DNA of 64,000 nucleotides from positions 3,219 through 67,218 of the forward strand of contig CAVILQ010000003.1 of the NCBI GenBank assembly GCA_963643715.1. The letters are read 5' to 3'. A program made the position numbers and the translations under genes. Under the pieces are notes generated by a model. That model worked only from the letters and a program-made list of their open reading frames with translations, did not search any database and was not told the DNA's origin. The stretch comes from a bacterium. Lineage in GTDB: Bacteria; Bacillota_I; Bacilli_A; RFN20; CAG-288. Below are positions 47,012 to 56,453 of the stretch, piece after piece (the stretch's first letter is position 1; the number at the start of each line of letters is the position of its first letter).

Positions 47012-48301
47012 TTATTTGTTTTCGTAACCAGGCTTGCCCAATAACTTAAACATATTGGATTTATAGATTTCAACGCCAGGCTGGTTAAACGGATTGATGC
47101 CAAGAAGATAAGCAGAGTAAGCGCAAGCTCTGAAGAAGAAATATACAAGGTTACCGAGATTGTAAGCATCCATTTTGTCGATGTCGATGACAATGGCTGG
47201 TGTATGTCCTTCTGTGTGAGCCTTTAAGGTGGCTTCATAAGCTTTGCTGTTGATATAGGACATATTCTTGCCAGAGAGATAATTTAAATTGTCTAAATTA
47301 TCATTGTCAAACGGAACAACAACGTCCTCATTCGGATTCTTTACATTGATGATAGTTTCAAACATCAATGGAGTCCCCTGCTGAATGAACTGACCCATAG
47401 AATGCAAATCCGTAGTGAAAGTTGCGGATGTACAAAGAAGAGCCTGATAGTCCTTGCCTTCTGATTCATCGAAAAGCTGTTTTAACCATTCTCCAATCAT
47501 CTGATACTGGAGATTGTATGTAACAAACATTTCGCAGGATTTTCTCTTCTCGATATTCATCAAATATCTTAAAGCACCATAATAATAGGCAGGATTTTCC
47601 TTATAATCCAAGGAAGAGTAGTCCTTTTCGCCATCGACTGCGCCTTGGATGAATTTCTCAATATCAATTCCAGCAACAGCAATAGGTAAAAGGCCGACAG
47701 GAGTAATGACAGAATATCTTCCACCAACATCATCGGGAATGACAAAACAATCATATCCCTCTTTATCGGCTTCCTTCTTCAAGGCACCACGAGCCTTATC
47801 TGTTGTTGCAAACACGGCATCTTTTAAGATTTCTTTTCCGTATTTTTCAACCAATAAATTCTTTAACAATCTGAATGAAACAGCAGTTTCAGTTGTTGTG
47901 CCACTCTTTGAGATGACATTGATAGCAAATTTCTTATTCTTCAAATGATTAAGAACCTGAGCGGAATAGTCAGAAGACAAAGTGTTTCCGAAGAAAATGA
48001 TTTCGAAATCATCAGCGGGATATAATCCGCGAATTGCCTCGATGACAGCACGCGCACCCAAATAGGAACCACCGATTCCACAAACGACCAAACAATCAAA
48101 ATTCTTTCTGATTTTATCAGCAGCGGTTTTGATGTGATTGATTTCGTCCTTAGAAAGTTTGGAAGAATAATCCAACCATCCTAAGAAATCATTGCCGAGA
48201 CCGGTTTTTCCTTCGATTGTCTTTGCAACTGCAAGACCTTTTTCATCAATGACTGATAAGTCTAAGACACCTTCATTTTGAATCAATGAAACTTTTACCA
48301 T
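47012..48301 (-). CDS. pgi: glucose-6-phosphate isomerase
   Basis: PGI signatures DYSSKLSKDEI..., GIGGSYLGARAV, ISKSGTTTETAVSFR; 429 aa. Confidence 0.95.
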   Translation of the reverse strand: MVKVSLIQNEGVLDLSVIDEKGLAVAKTIEGKTGLGNDFLGWLDYSSKLSKDEINHIKTAADKIRKNFDCLVVCGIGGSYLGARAVIEAIRGLYPADDFEIIFFGNTLSSDYSAQVLNHLKNKKFAINVISKSGTTTETAVSFRLLKNLLVEKYGKEILKDAVFATTDKARGALKKEADKEGYDCFVIPDDVGGRYSVITPVGLLPIAVAGIDIEKFIQGAVDGEKDYSSLDYKENPAYYYGALRYLMNIEKRKSCEMFVTYNLQYQMIGEWLKQLFDESEGKDYQALLCTSATFTTDLHSMGQFIQQGTPLMFETIINVKNPNEDVVVPFDNDNLDNLNYLSGKNMSYINSKAYEATLKAHTEGHTPAIVIDIDKMDAYNLGNLVYFFFRACAYSAYLLGINPFNQPGVEIYKSNMFKLLGKPGYENK

Positions 48302-48392
48302 AAGGTTAATAAATATCCTCCATATGTTTAAACCACTGTTTAAACACTGAAACTATATATTAATCTAATATGTTGTAAATGTAAATTAAAAA

Positions 48393-49082
48393 TTAGTTAA
48401 GAACACGTTCAAAAAACTCGATATCTTCTGGGAAGGTAATCTTATATAACAACGGACTGCCTTTTATGACTTTATTGGTAAGCCCAGCTTGAATAGCTTT
48501 GCTAAAATCATCTGTCGATTGATTATCCATGGCAGAATCATAAATTGAAATCAATTTAAATAAGCGAAAAGCCTGTGGAGTCTGAATTCGCTGTATGTTT
48601 TCTCTTGAGACATAGACACCTTTCTGCATGATGGAATCAGTAAGAGGGATTGCAGGTGCAATCGCATCATAATCATCGCATAACGAGTCAATCACTTTGA
48701 GAATAGAAATCGGAAGAAATGGTCTTGCGGCATCATGGATGAGTACAAATGTTTTCTCATCGATCCTGTCCTTAAAATTTGACTCGATATATCTTAATGC
48801 GCTCAGAACAGAATCGTTTCGGCTTTCGCCACCCTTAATTATGGATATATTCTTGGATATATTCATCCCGTGAATTATATCGGAAACCTGCTTTTCTGAA
48901 CTAACAGGACAGACAAGGATAATTTGATCAAAAAGTCCAGAGGAAACCAAAGAATTAAAAGGATAAACAAAAATAGGCTTTCCATTGATTTCAAGGAACT
49001 GCTTTTTAATCTTTTGACTCTGACTAAAGCGATTGCTGTTTCCTGCCATCAGTAAGATAGCGATTCTTTTGTATTTGTTCAT
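48393..49082 (-). CDS. ispD: 2-C-methyl-D-erythritol 4-phosphate cytidylyltransferase
   Basis: IAILLMAGNSNRF (GxG-R nucleotide-binding), IHDAARPF; 229 aa. Confidence 0.85.
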   Translation of the reverse strand: MNKYKRIAILLMAGNSNRFSQSQKIKKQFLEINGKPIFVYPFNSLVSSGLFDQIILVCPVSSEKQVSDIIHGMNISKNISIIKGGESRNDSVLSALRYIESNFKDRIDEKTFVLIHDAARPFLPISILKVIDSLCDDYDAIAPAIPLTDSIMQKGVYVSRENIQRIQTPQAFRLFKLISIYDSAMDNQSTDDFSKAIQAGLTNKVIKGSPLLYKITFPEDIEFFERVLN

Positions 49083-49145
49083 GTTTTAATTGTATCACAA
49101 TAATTGAATATAGTTTTTCTCATTGTGATTTGATATTATCATTTT

Positions 49146-50144
49146 ATGTCCAAAAAATTGATTACACCAGTATTGCTTATCGTGTTGCTTGCTTCATGCA
49201 AGATAAAAGGCTATGAAGAGTCCGACTCATCTATAGGTCACCCGAGTTCACAAACAGACCACGTAGATAAATCGGATACCGTTTTTACCGATGAAACGCA
49301 TTCGGATAATAATTCCACCACATCAAAAATAACGGAAAAGGAACCGACCACTGATCCCTATATAAACATTACAGAAAAAGAGTTTTACGCAAACTACGTT
49401 CCGGCAACAAGCTATTCCGATAGCCGCTATCGAACAGCCCATCATTTCATGTCTGGTTCTATAGCGGAGCAGTTACAAAGACCGACTATCGCTGAAGATC
49501 AACCGATGGAAGACGGAATGTATTGCTTCAATTCAAAAAGTGGTCTCCGTTCAGATGGAAATGCATATGATATTGTGGATAAAGACGGAAGAATCGTGAA
49601 CACTATATATAAAGGTGGGGCCTATGTCATCCTAGAAGAAGTGGCTGCCTATCTATATGCGTTTGGTGATATACCGGCAAACTATACCTCGTCGAAAAAA
49701 GCAAAACCATCATCAAGTCCTTGGGGGAAATATCTAAGACTGAATCATAGTTACTTCTCTTGTGATACTGATCAATATAAATATGAACCCGTTCTTCCAG
49801 AAGTGAATGATAAAAAATATTATGAAATCGATGTCGGAACAACAGGCAGTTTTGAATATTCAACGGTCAGCACAAAAGGCGAATACAATAACGGGACCAC
49901 GATAATCCGTGGAGCCTCGAGATTAGTTTATACAAGATATATCGGAAATAATCTGATTGAAAAACCGGAAGACAGAAAAGTGTTCTATACATTCAATCAT
50001 TACAATGACTTCCAAGAATATCTCAACTATGAAAATGGATGGGGACAATGGTTTGGCAATATATCCGGTGGTGGAACCATGGATAACAACACCGCCATTT
50101 ACAAGACAAGTTATCCATCCGTGTATAAGAAAAACTTTTGGTAA
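49146..50144 (+). CDS. secreted lipoprotein with C-terminal barnase-like (microbial guanyl-specific RNase, PF00545-type) domain
   Basis: Lipobox LLASCK; C-domain aligns to barnase: VAAYLYAFGDIPANYTSS/VADYLQTYHKLPDNYITKS, catalytic Glu in YYEIDVG/WREADIN, Arg in GASRLVYT/NSDRILYS, His in TFNHYNDF/TTDHYQTF. Confidence 0.75.
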   Translation: MSKKLITPVLLIVLLASCKIKGYEESDSSIGHPSSQTDHVDKSDTVFTDETHSDNNSTTSKITEKEPTTDPYINITEKEFYANYVPATSYSDSRYRTAHHFMSGSIAEQLQRPTIAEDQPMEDGMYCFNSKSGLRSDGNAYDIVDKDGRIVNTIYKGGAYVILEEVAAYLYAFGDIPANYTSSKKAKPSSSPWGKYLRLNHSYFSCDTDQYKYEPVLPEVNDKKYYEIDVGTTGSFEYSTVSTKGEYNNGTTIIRGASRLVYTRYIGNNLIEKPEDRKVFYTFNHYNDFQEYLNYENGWGQWFGNISGGGTMDNNTAIYKTSYPSVYKKNFW

Positions 50145-50182
50145 AAAAAGATGGTTGGCTCACTCGCCAACCATCTTTTTAT
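50143..50182. terminator. Bidirectional rho-independent terminator
   Basis: aaaaaa-gatggttggc-tcactc-gccaaccatc-ttttt between convergent genes. Confidence 0.7.
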
Positions 50183-50191
50183 AACCACCGA

Positions 50192-51586
50192 TTAAGCGCT
50201 TTTGCTTTCTGTGTTCTCTTCTTTTAGTTTTAGACGTTCGTCTGCTTTATCCTTGTTTCGATAAGCTAATTTCAAGAATATTGGAGTGGCAAAAGAAGAT
50301 ATCAAAATCAATAGTAGACAGAAAGGCATAATACTGTCAGAAACAAGACCGGATGAAATACCCTTTTCTGCACAGACAATAAGAACCTCGGCTCTTGCCA
50401 TCATACCAAAACCGATGATCAATGAACCATGCAAACCGAATTTGAAGCAGAATCCAGCAAGGCCGGAACCAAGTACTTTGCCAAGAAGACCTAAGAAAAT
50501 CCAAATGAATCCAAATATCATAAAAGTGACAAATTTAGGATCACTGAAATCAAAATTGGATTGGTACATTCCCATCGCAATGTTACCGAAGAAAACAGGA
50601 GCGAATAAATAATTGCATGTTGTCTCAGCTCTGTGATCGATATAGCCGTGTGCGACGGTGGAGGAAAGAATAAGACCCATCAAATAGGCGCCAGTGATAT
50701 CAGCAATATTGAAGAATTCAGCCAAGTATGACCAAATGAAGCAAAAAGCCAAAGAAAGAATCGTGATACGGATGTGATGCGGGAATCTAGTACCTAAATA
50801 ATTGAATAACTTACGAATGAAATAACCGGCTCCAAAAGTCAAAGCAAAGAACACAATCATGAATAACAGAATGAATAGTATGTTCATACCAGTGCTCTGC
50901 AAGTTGCTGGGAAGCAGTCTGAAGAGCATCGAAGCGAAGTCAGTACCCGTCTGATTGCCATTGGAACTAGCTAAAGAAATGACTAAGGATAAAACGATAA
51001 TACCAATAATGTCATCGATAATGGCAGCAGAAACAAGTGCGGAACCGATTTTGGTGTCAAGTTTACCTAATTCTTTTAGTGTAGCAACCGTAACAGAAAC
51101 AGAAGTTGCAGTGAGGATGACGCCATAATAGAGTTCTGTGTAAATCGGATTCACAGATGAATTTTCCATATGTAAGCTACCACCTGTAACCTTGTCGATG
51201 ATAAATGCAGCAAGGAAAGTCAACAGCATAGGAACAAGAACACCGAGAAGCGCAATGACAAAGGAAGCTAAACCGACACTTTTAACTTTCTTGATGTCTG
51301 TCTCAATACCAGCAGAGAACATAATCAAGATGACTGCGACCTTAGAAAAGAAGGCTAGACCATCAGTCACTGTGTAATCAGTCAAGATGTTCTGATTCGG
51401 AATTAAATAAATAAGACCGACAACAAGACCAGCTAACAAATACGCAATAACCTGTGGGATTTTGATTTTTGCAAGGACTAAGGCAAAGACCTTTGAAAGC
51501 AAAAGCAATAAACCAAGAGGCAAAAGAATCTTATATGCCTGAGGGTTTGTATCCTTTGGGATAGCGATTAACAAATTACTTAACAT
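50192..51586 (-). CDS. cation:proton antiporter (CPA1/CPA2-type Na+/H+ or K+/H+ exchanger)
   Basis: ~12 TM helices, 464 aa, Na_H_Exchanger-like organisation, short charged C-tail. Confidence 0.75.
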   Translation of the reverse strand: MLSNLLIAIPKDTNPQAYKILLPLGLLLLLSKVFALVLAKIKIPQVIAYLLAGLVVGLIYLIPNQNILTDYTVTDGLAFFSKVAVILIMFSAGIETDIKKVKSVGLASFVIALLGVLVPMLLTFLAAFIIDKVTGGSLHMENSSVNPIYTELYYGVILTATSVSVTVATLKELGKLDTKIGSALVSAAIIDDIIGIIVLSLVISLASSNGNQTGTDFASMLFRLLPSNLQSTGMNILFILLFMIVFFALTFGAGYFIRKLFNYLGTRFPHHIRITILSLAFCFIWSYLAEFFNIADITGAYLMGLILSSTVAHGYIDHRAETTCNYLFAPVFFGNIAMGMYQSNFDFSDPKFVTFMIFGFIWIFLGLLGKVLGSGLAGFCFKFGLHGSLIIGFGMMARAEVLIVCAEKGISSGLVSDSIMPFCLLLILISSFATPIFLKLAYRNKDKADERLKLKEENTESKSA

Positions 51587-51812
51587 GAAACATCTCCTTA
51601 AATAACGGATATAGTATAGTCAAAGAAAATGTGACTGATTTTCGAAAGCCCTTTCAAGTTTTCAATAGACTGAGCCAGAAGCGAATAACTATGAGATAAA
51701 AGCCGAAAAACAGGTATGCCAAGAGACAAATTCAATGAGAAATCATTGTAAGTAGATTTGAAAACATAGGGGCCAATTGCTAAGATTATATGTATGAGAG
51801 GATTATTGACTT

Positions 51813-53588
51813 ATGGAAAAATACAAATGGGATCTATCAAAGATTTATAAGGATGAAGAAGCATTCCTAAACGAATTGGATTATGTGAAGAAGGAAATCA
51901 TTCCTGCTTATCAAACACTGCAAGGAAAGCTCGGAACCGAGGAAGGAATGAAGAAATACCTTCTTTTAGAAAGAGAAGCTGATTTGAAGATTTCACATCT
52001 TGCAATGTTTGCTTCTATGAGAAGTGATTTAGACAAAAAGAATATCGAAAACGCAAAAGACTATTCTAAAATCGATCTGCTTTTCAATGAATATTCTGTC
52101 GCTACAAGTTTCATCAGCCCAGAAATTCTCAAGTTAGGAAAGGATTACGTGGATTCGTTTTTGAAAAAGAATCCTGAATTCAATGACTTTGATTTCATGT
52201 TCGAGAAACTGTTCCGCGAAGAAAAGTTTGTTTTGCCAGTCGAACAAGAAAGACTTACAAGCTATTACGCTCCTCTTTCTGGTGAAGGATCTCAGCTTTA
52301 TTCCTTACTCTCCGTCGCTGACTATCAACCGAAGAAAGTGACTCTAACTGATGGTAAAGAGGTTGAAGTCACTCAAGCCAATTGGACAACATTAGTCTCT
52401 CAGGCTGATTCACAAGAAGATAGAAGAAGAATCTTTGAGTCTTTATATACTTGGTATGATGAACACAAGAATACATATGGTGAAATCTATAATTCTGTTG
52501 TTCAGGCTCAACTGGCAGAGATGAAGGCAAGAAAATACACTTCAATATTGCAAGAACATCTGCATCAAAATAATATCGATGAATCTGTCTTTCATAACCT
52601 TGTGGAAGTTGCTTCAACTCAAAGTAAACCATTACAGAAATATTATGAGATAAGAAGAAAATACTTAGGACTTGAAAAACATCGTTCGTATGATCGCTTT
52701 GTCTCTTTAGCGAAGAGTGAAAAGAAATACACATTTGAAGAAGCAAAGGAACTGTTCTTTGCATCTATTGACTCTTTCCCGAGTGACTTCAAGAATAAAG
52801 CAAGAGACGTCTTGTCTGATGGATATGTTGATGTTTATAACAACCCTGGAAAGAGAACAGGAGCTTATTCCTCAGGTGGCGAAAACATTCACCCGTATAT
52901 CCTCCTGAACTTTAATGGTGAATTAGAGGATGTCTTTACAGTAGCACATGAATCTGGTCACAGCATTCATACTCTATATTCTGAGGAATCTCAACCAGTG
53001 ATGAAGCAGAATTATACTATCTTTGTCGCTGAGATAGCCTCAACTTTCAATGAACACAATCTCCTTGATTACCTTATGGCAAGCGGAACATTATCTAAGA
53101 ACGATAAGATTTCCCTTCTTCAAAAGGCAATCGACCAAATTTGCGGAACATTCTATCGTCAGACACTGTTTGGACAGTATGAATATGAAATTGCAAAACT
53201 TGCTGAAAAAGGAGAACCAATCGATTATTCCGTCCTCAGCAATGAAATGATCAAACTCTATAAACAATATTACGGAATCGATATCTCGGAAGAGAAGGTC
53301 AAACCATTGGTTTGGGCATATATTCCCCATTTGTTCTATACTCCGTTCTATGTCTATCAATACGCGACATCCTTCACTGCATCTATGCTGATCTATGAAA
53401 ATGTCAAGAATGGTGTTGCTGGTGCCTTTGATAACTACATCAAGATGCTAAAATCCGGCGGATCCACTTATCCGATCGATGAAGTCAAGCTTGGTGGAGT
53501 TGATTTGACAAAGAAGGAAGCATTTGAGTGCGTGACAAGACGAATGACTGAACTCGTTGATGAATTGGAAAGACTCCTTTCCGAATAG
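51813..53588 (+). CDS. pepF: oligoendopeptidase F (M3B family), second paralog
   Basis: HEXXH TVAHESGHSIH; 591 aa. Confidence 0.9.
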   Translation: MEKYKWDLSKIYKDEEAFLNELDYVKKEIIPAYQTLQGKLGTEEGMKKYLLLEREADLKISHLAMFASMRSDLDKKNIENAKDYSKIDLLFNEYSVATSFISPEILKLGKDYVDSFLKKNPEFNDFDFMFEKLFREEKFVLPVEQERLTSYYAPLSGEGSQLYSLLSVADYQPKKVTLTDGKEVEVTQANWTTLVSQADSQEDRRRIFESLYTWYDEHKNTYGEIYNSVVQAQLAEMKARKYTSILQEHLHQNNIDESVFHNLVEVASTQSKPLQKYYEIRRKYLGLEKHRSYDRFVSLAKSEKKYTFEEAKELFFASIDSFPSDFKNKARDVLSDGYVDVYNNPGKRTGAYSSGGENIHPYILLNFNGELEDVFTVAHESGHSIHTLYSEESQPVMKQNYTIFVAEIASTFNEHNLLDYLMASGTLSKNDKISLLQKAIDQICGTFYRQTLFGQYEYEIAKLAEKGEPIDYSVLSNEMIKLYKQYYGIDISEEKVKPLVWAYIPHLFYTPFYVYQYATSFTASMLIYENVKNGVAGAFDNYIKMLKSGGSTYPIDEVKLGGVDLTKKEAFECVTRRMTELVDELERLLSE

Positions 53589-53596
53589 GCTGAAAT

Positions 53597-54490
53597 ATGG
53601 AACATGATTATTTGATACGTGCCATCGCTGCAAATAACGAGATTCGTGTCTTCGCAGTAGATTCCACGGGTATTTGTGAATACGCAAGAAAAATACATAA
53701 CAACTCACGATTAGCAAGTGAATCGTTAGGTAGAATGATGTCCGTTGGTTTGATGATGGGACAAATGCTGAAGTCGAACGATGATAAACTTACTCTTCAG
53801 ATCCTTGGTGACGGACCGATGCATCATATCATCGTCACCTCCGGATTAAGCGGAACAGTCAGAGGATATGTCTCCAATCCCTCTGTCACACTCGAAGGCG
53901 ACGCGACTCAGTTTGACATTCTGAAAGCAATTGGCCCGAATGCTGCTTTGACTGTAATCCGTGATATGGGACTAAAGGAACCATATGTTTCCTCTATAGA
54001 CTTGCATTCAGGCGATATTGCAGATGATTTTACATTCTATTTTGTTCAATCGGAACAGACTCCTACCTCAGTCCGCTTAGGTGTTTTGACCGATGAATCT
54101 GGTGAGGTCAAGGCTTCTGGCGGTTTCATCATTCAGCTGATGCCATTTACAAAACAAGAAGTCATATCAAAACTAGAGAATAATCTACAGAAAGCATTAT
54201 CCGTAACGGACTACTTCCGAGAAGGAAAAAATGTGGAAGAAATTTTAAAAACTGTTCTGGACGGCTTTGATTTCACAATAACAGATCGAAAACCGGTCAG
54301 CTGGGGATGCAATTGCTCTTATGAAAGAGGAAAAGAGGTCCTTGGAACATTAAAAGACGGTGATCTGGAATCGATGATTGAAGACGGAAAAAACATCGAA
54401 GTGAATTGCGATTTTTGTGCGAAAACCTATGTTTATACACCCGAAGACCTCCGTGAAATCCTTTCGAAAAAACATCTTTGCGGTAACTAA
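53597..54490 (+). CDS. hslO: Hsp33 family redox-regulated chaperone
   Basis: C-terminal zinc centre CNCSYERG...CDFCAKTYVY (CxC...CxxC), 297 aa. Confidence 0.9.
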   Translation: MEHDYLIRAIAANNEIRVFAVDSTGICEYARKIHNNSRLASESLGRMMSVGLMMGQMLKSNDDKLTLQILGDGPMHHIIVTSGLSGTVRGYVSNPSVTLEGDATQFDILKAIGPNAALTVIRDMGLKEPYVSSIDLHSGDIADDFTFYFVQSEQTPTSVRLGVLTDESGEVKASGGFIIQLMPFTKQEVISKLENNLQKALSVTDYFREGKNVEEILKTVLDGFDFTITDRKPVSWGCNCSYERGKEVLGTLKDGDLESMIEDGKNIEVNCDFCAKTYVYTPEDLREILSKKHLCGN

Positions 54491-54554
54491 TAGTTGACAC
54501 TGACTTGAAAAGTGTTGAATATTTTAGTTAAAATGAGTAAAGGAGAAATGGAGC

Positions 54555-54878
54555 ATGAATCAAAAAAACTATGGTACGAAGCTGAACTTAGGTATTGTTG
54601 GCGGTGTCTTATCTTTAATCCTAGGTGGTGGAAGCGTTATTGGATTTTTGGTGTTCCTTATTGTCGCGGTTTTTGCGGCAATCGGTCTTTCAACATATCA
54701 AGAAGGAACAGAAGCCTGGATAAAGCAAAACGCTGTCGTGCAGAATTATGAATTCCTCGCCTATTTATTTGCCGCTCTTGCAGTCGTCTTCGTTGTATTA
54801 GGAATCGTTTTGTTAGTTGTTTTCATCAAAAAGAAGAAAAATTTGAAGAAACAAGCAATCAATACTGAAGAGAAGTGA
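54555..54878 (+). CDS. small membrane protein (2-3 TM), unknown function
   Basis: AAAGGAG RBS 9 nt upstream; hydrophobic helices LGIVGGVLSLILGGGSVIGFLVFLIVAVFAAIGL and FAALAVVFVVLGIVLLVVFI. Confidence 0.5.
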   Translation: MNQKNYGTKLNLGIVGGVLSLILGGGSVIGFLVFLIVAVFAAIGLSTYQEGTEAWIKQNAVVQNYEFLAYLFAALAVVFVVLGIVLLVVFIKKKKNLKKQAINTEEK

Positions 54879-56442
54879 TGATTCCAATACTGTCTTCAGC
54901 GGATAAAGCAAAGGATAACGATTGAGACTGAACACCATATAGTGCACAATGATACTCGTATTGTTGCCCAAGATATGGTGTTCTTTTTGGTTTGATTATA
55001 GAATCGAAATAAAGGTTTTCCCCTCTTCTAGAGTAGGTGATGTCGACATCCATCTCTTTGTAAATTGGATAGATATCTGTGTTGTAATCGAAAACATATG
55101 ATTCACTGTTATTGTAATTGGCAGACGTGCCGATTCCCTTTCCATCCTGATTGACATCATCCATCCACCCGAACCAATCAAAACGAGTGACCCAACGGTC
55201 TTTTGTTTCTGTATCGTAGACAATGGGTAGGACAGTTCTCCAACACACTTCACTTCCACTATTGGGCTTTTCTGTATAGCTGATGGCACCATAGTTTTCT
55301 AACGACAGTTTCATAGTAAAATCACCTTTTAAGTCATTAGCATATTTAAGCCACAGGTTTTCATCGCTCCATCCAGTAGAATTGCTTCTATCGATGCTGT
55401 TTACATTTAGAGAATGAATTGCGCCAGAGTAAATCTGCTTTGCTTTGATTGTTTTACTTTCAGTTGCAAAGCCTGATAGTAGAGATTCATCACTCAGCTT
55501 GTAATTTGGAAGGTCACTGACAATAAAAGAATAGGAATAGGGTTCTTTTGCTGCTTTTGTATGCAATTCAAGAATGTTGTCATTCTCATCGACACATTCT
55601 AGCTCCGTGATGATGTAAGGCTCTGTTCTACTAATTACTTTACTATAATCGGCATCTTTAGAGACAATCAAATTATGAATTTCAGCATCACCAAGACAAA
55701 AACCATCTTTTTGAACGCAAGATAATATACCTTTATAAACTGTGTTGTATGTCGGATATTTGTTTCCATTTGTTCTATTGTTGAATAGTGTGAAGACTCT
55801 ATGTGTGTTTTTATAGATCACTGCCTTGTCAGAACTGAATGAGAATGTGTAAACGGCCTCCTCATTCTCCCTTAAGTAGAGATTTGAATCATAGTTGTTC
55901 TCAATATAGGAATCATAATAATAGAGAACATTACGATCATAAGATATGTAGGAGCTTGTGATTTCAAAGTCACTTCCTATGAATAAGGATTGATTAGCAT
56001 GAAGAGATTTTGCATAAAAGGTGAAAGACAATCCGAACTCTTCGTTGGCCATAAAGGAAGAAAAAGATGCATCTGCTTTTGGATCAGCAATTTCTTTCTC
56101 ATCATAATAATAGATAACGTTAATACATTCTTCTTCGTTCTTTTTAATGCCTTCAACTGTAGTGACATTCGGACTCATGAAAGGAATCTCAATATTGACA
56201 GGTATTGAATAAGGCTTGTTGGGTTCTAGAGACTTCGTCTCACGAGCAAGAAAGGTTCCATCTTCATAGCAGTAATTGATAACAAGCGTAGACTTTTCTT
56301 CACTGGAAGAAAAGCTTTCCGATTCCTGAATTTCTTCAGAATTATTTGATTGGGCTTGGTCGGAATACGAAAGGGATTCTTTTGCTTGGCAGGAGACGGA
56401 TAGACATAGAATCAAAGGTAGTATCAATACATTCTTTTTCAT
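54859..56442 (-). CDS. lipoprotein, unknown function (527 aa), upstream neighbour of CotH-family gene
   Basis: MKKNVLILPLILCLSVSCQAK lipobox with AAGGAG RBS; ORF-track TTG extension rejected. Confidence 0.55.
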   Translation of the reverse strand: MKKNVLILPLILCLSVSCQAKESLSYSDQAQSNNSEEIQESESFSSSEEKSTLVINYCYEDGTFLARETKSLEPNKPYSIPVNIEIPFMSPNVTTVEGIKKNEEECINVIYYYDEKEIADPKADASFSSFMANEEFGLSFTFYAKSLHANQSLFIGSDFEITSSYISYDRNVLYYYDSYIENNYDSNLYLRENEEAVYTFSFSSDKAVIYKNTHRVFTLFNNRTNGNKYPTYNTVYKGILSCVQKDGFCLGDAEIHNLIVSKDADYSKVISRTEPYIITELECVDENDNILELHTKAAKEPYSYSFIVSDLPNYKLSDESLLSGFATESKTIKAKQIYSGAIHSLNVNSIDRSNSTGWSDENLWLKYANDLKGDFTMKLSLENYGAISYTEKPNSGSEVCWRTVLPIVYDTETKDRWVTRFDWFGWMDDVNQDGKGIGTSANYNNSESYVFDYNTDIYPIYKEMDVDITYSRRGENLYFDSIIKPKRTPYLGQQYEYHCALYGVQSQSLSFALSAEDSIGIITSLQY

Positions 56443-56453
56443 GCTTTTCTCCT

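Noticed and set aside
54512-54751. 79-aa ORF (MLNILVKMSKGEMEHESKK...) overlapping the start of the 54555 membrane ORF in another frame
   Set aside because: Trp/Cys/Arg-rich unnatural composition. The strong AAAGGAG RBS is positioned for the ATG at 54555 instead.
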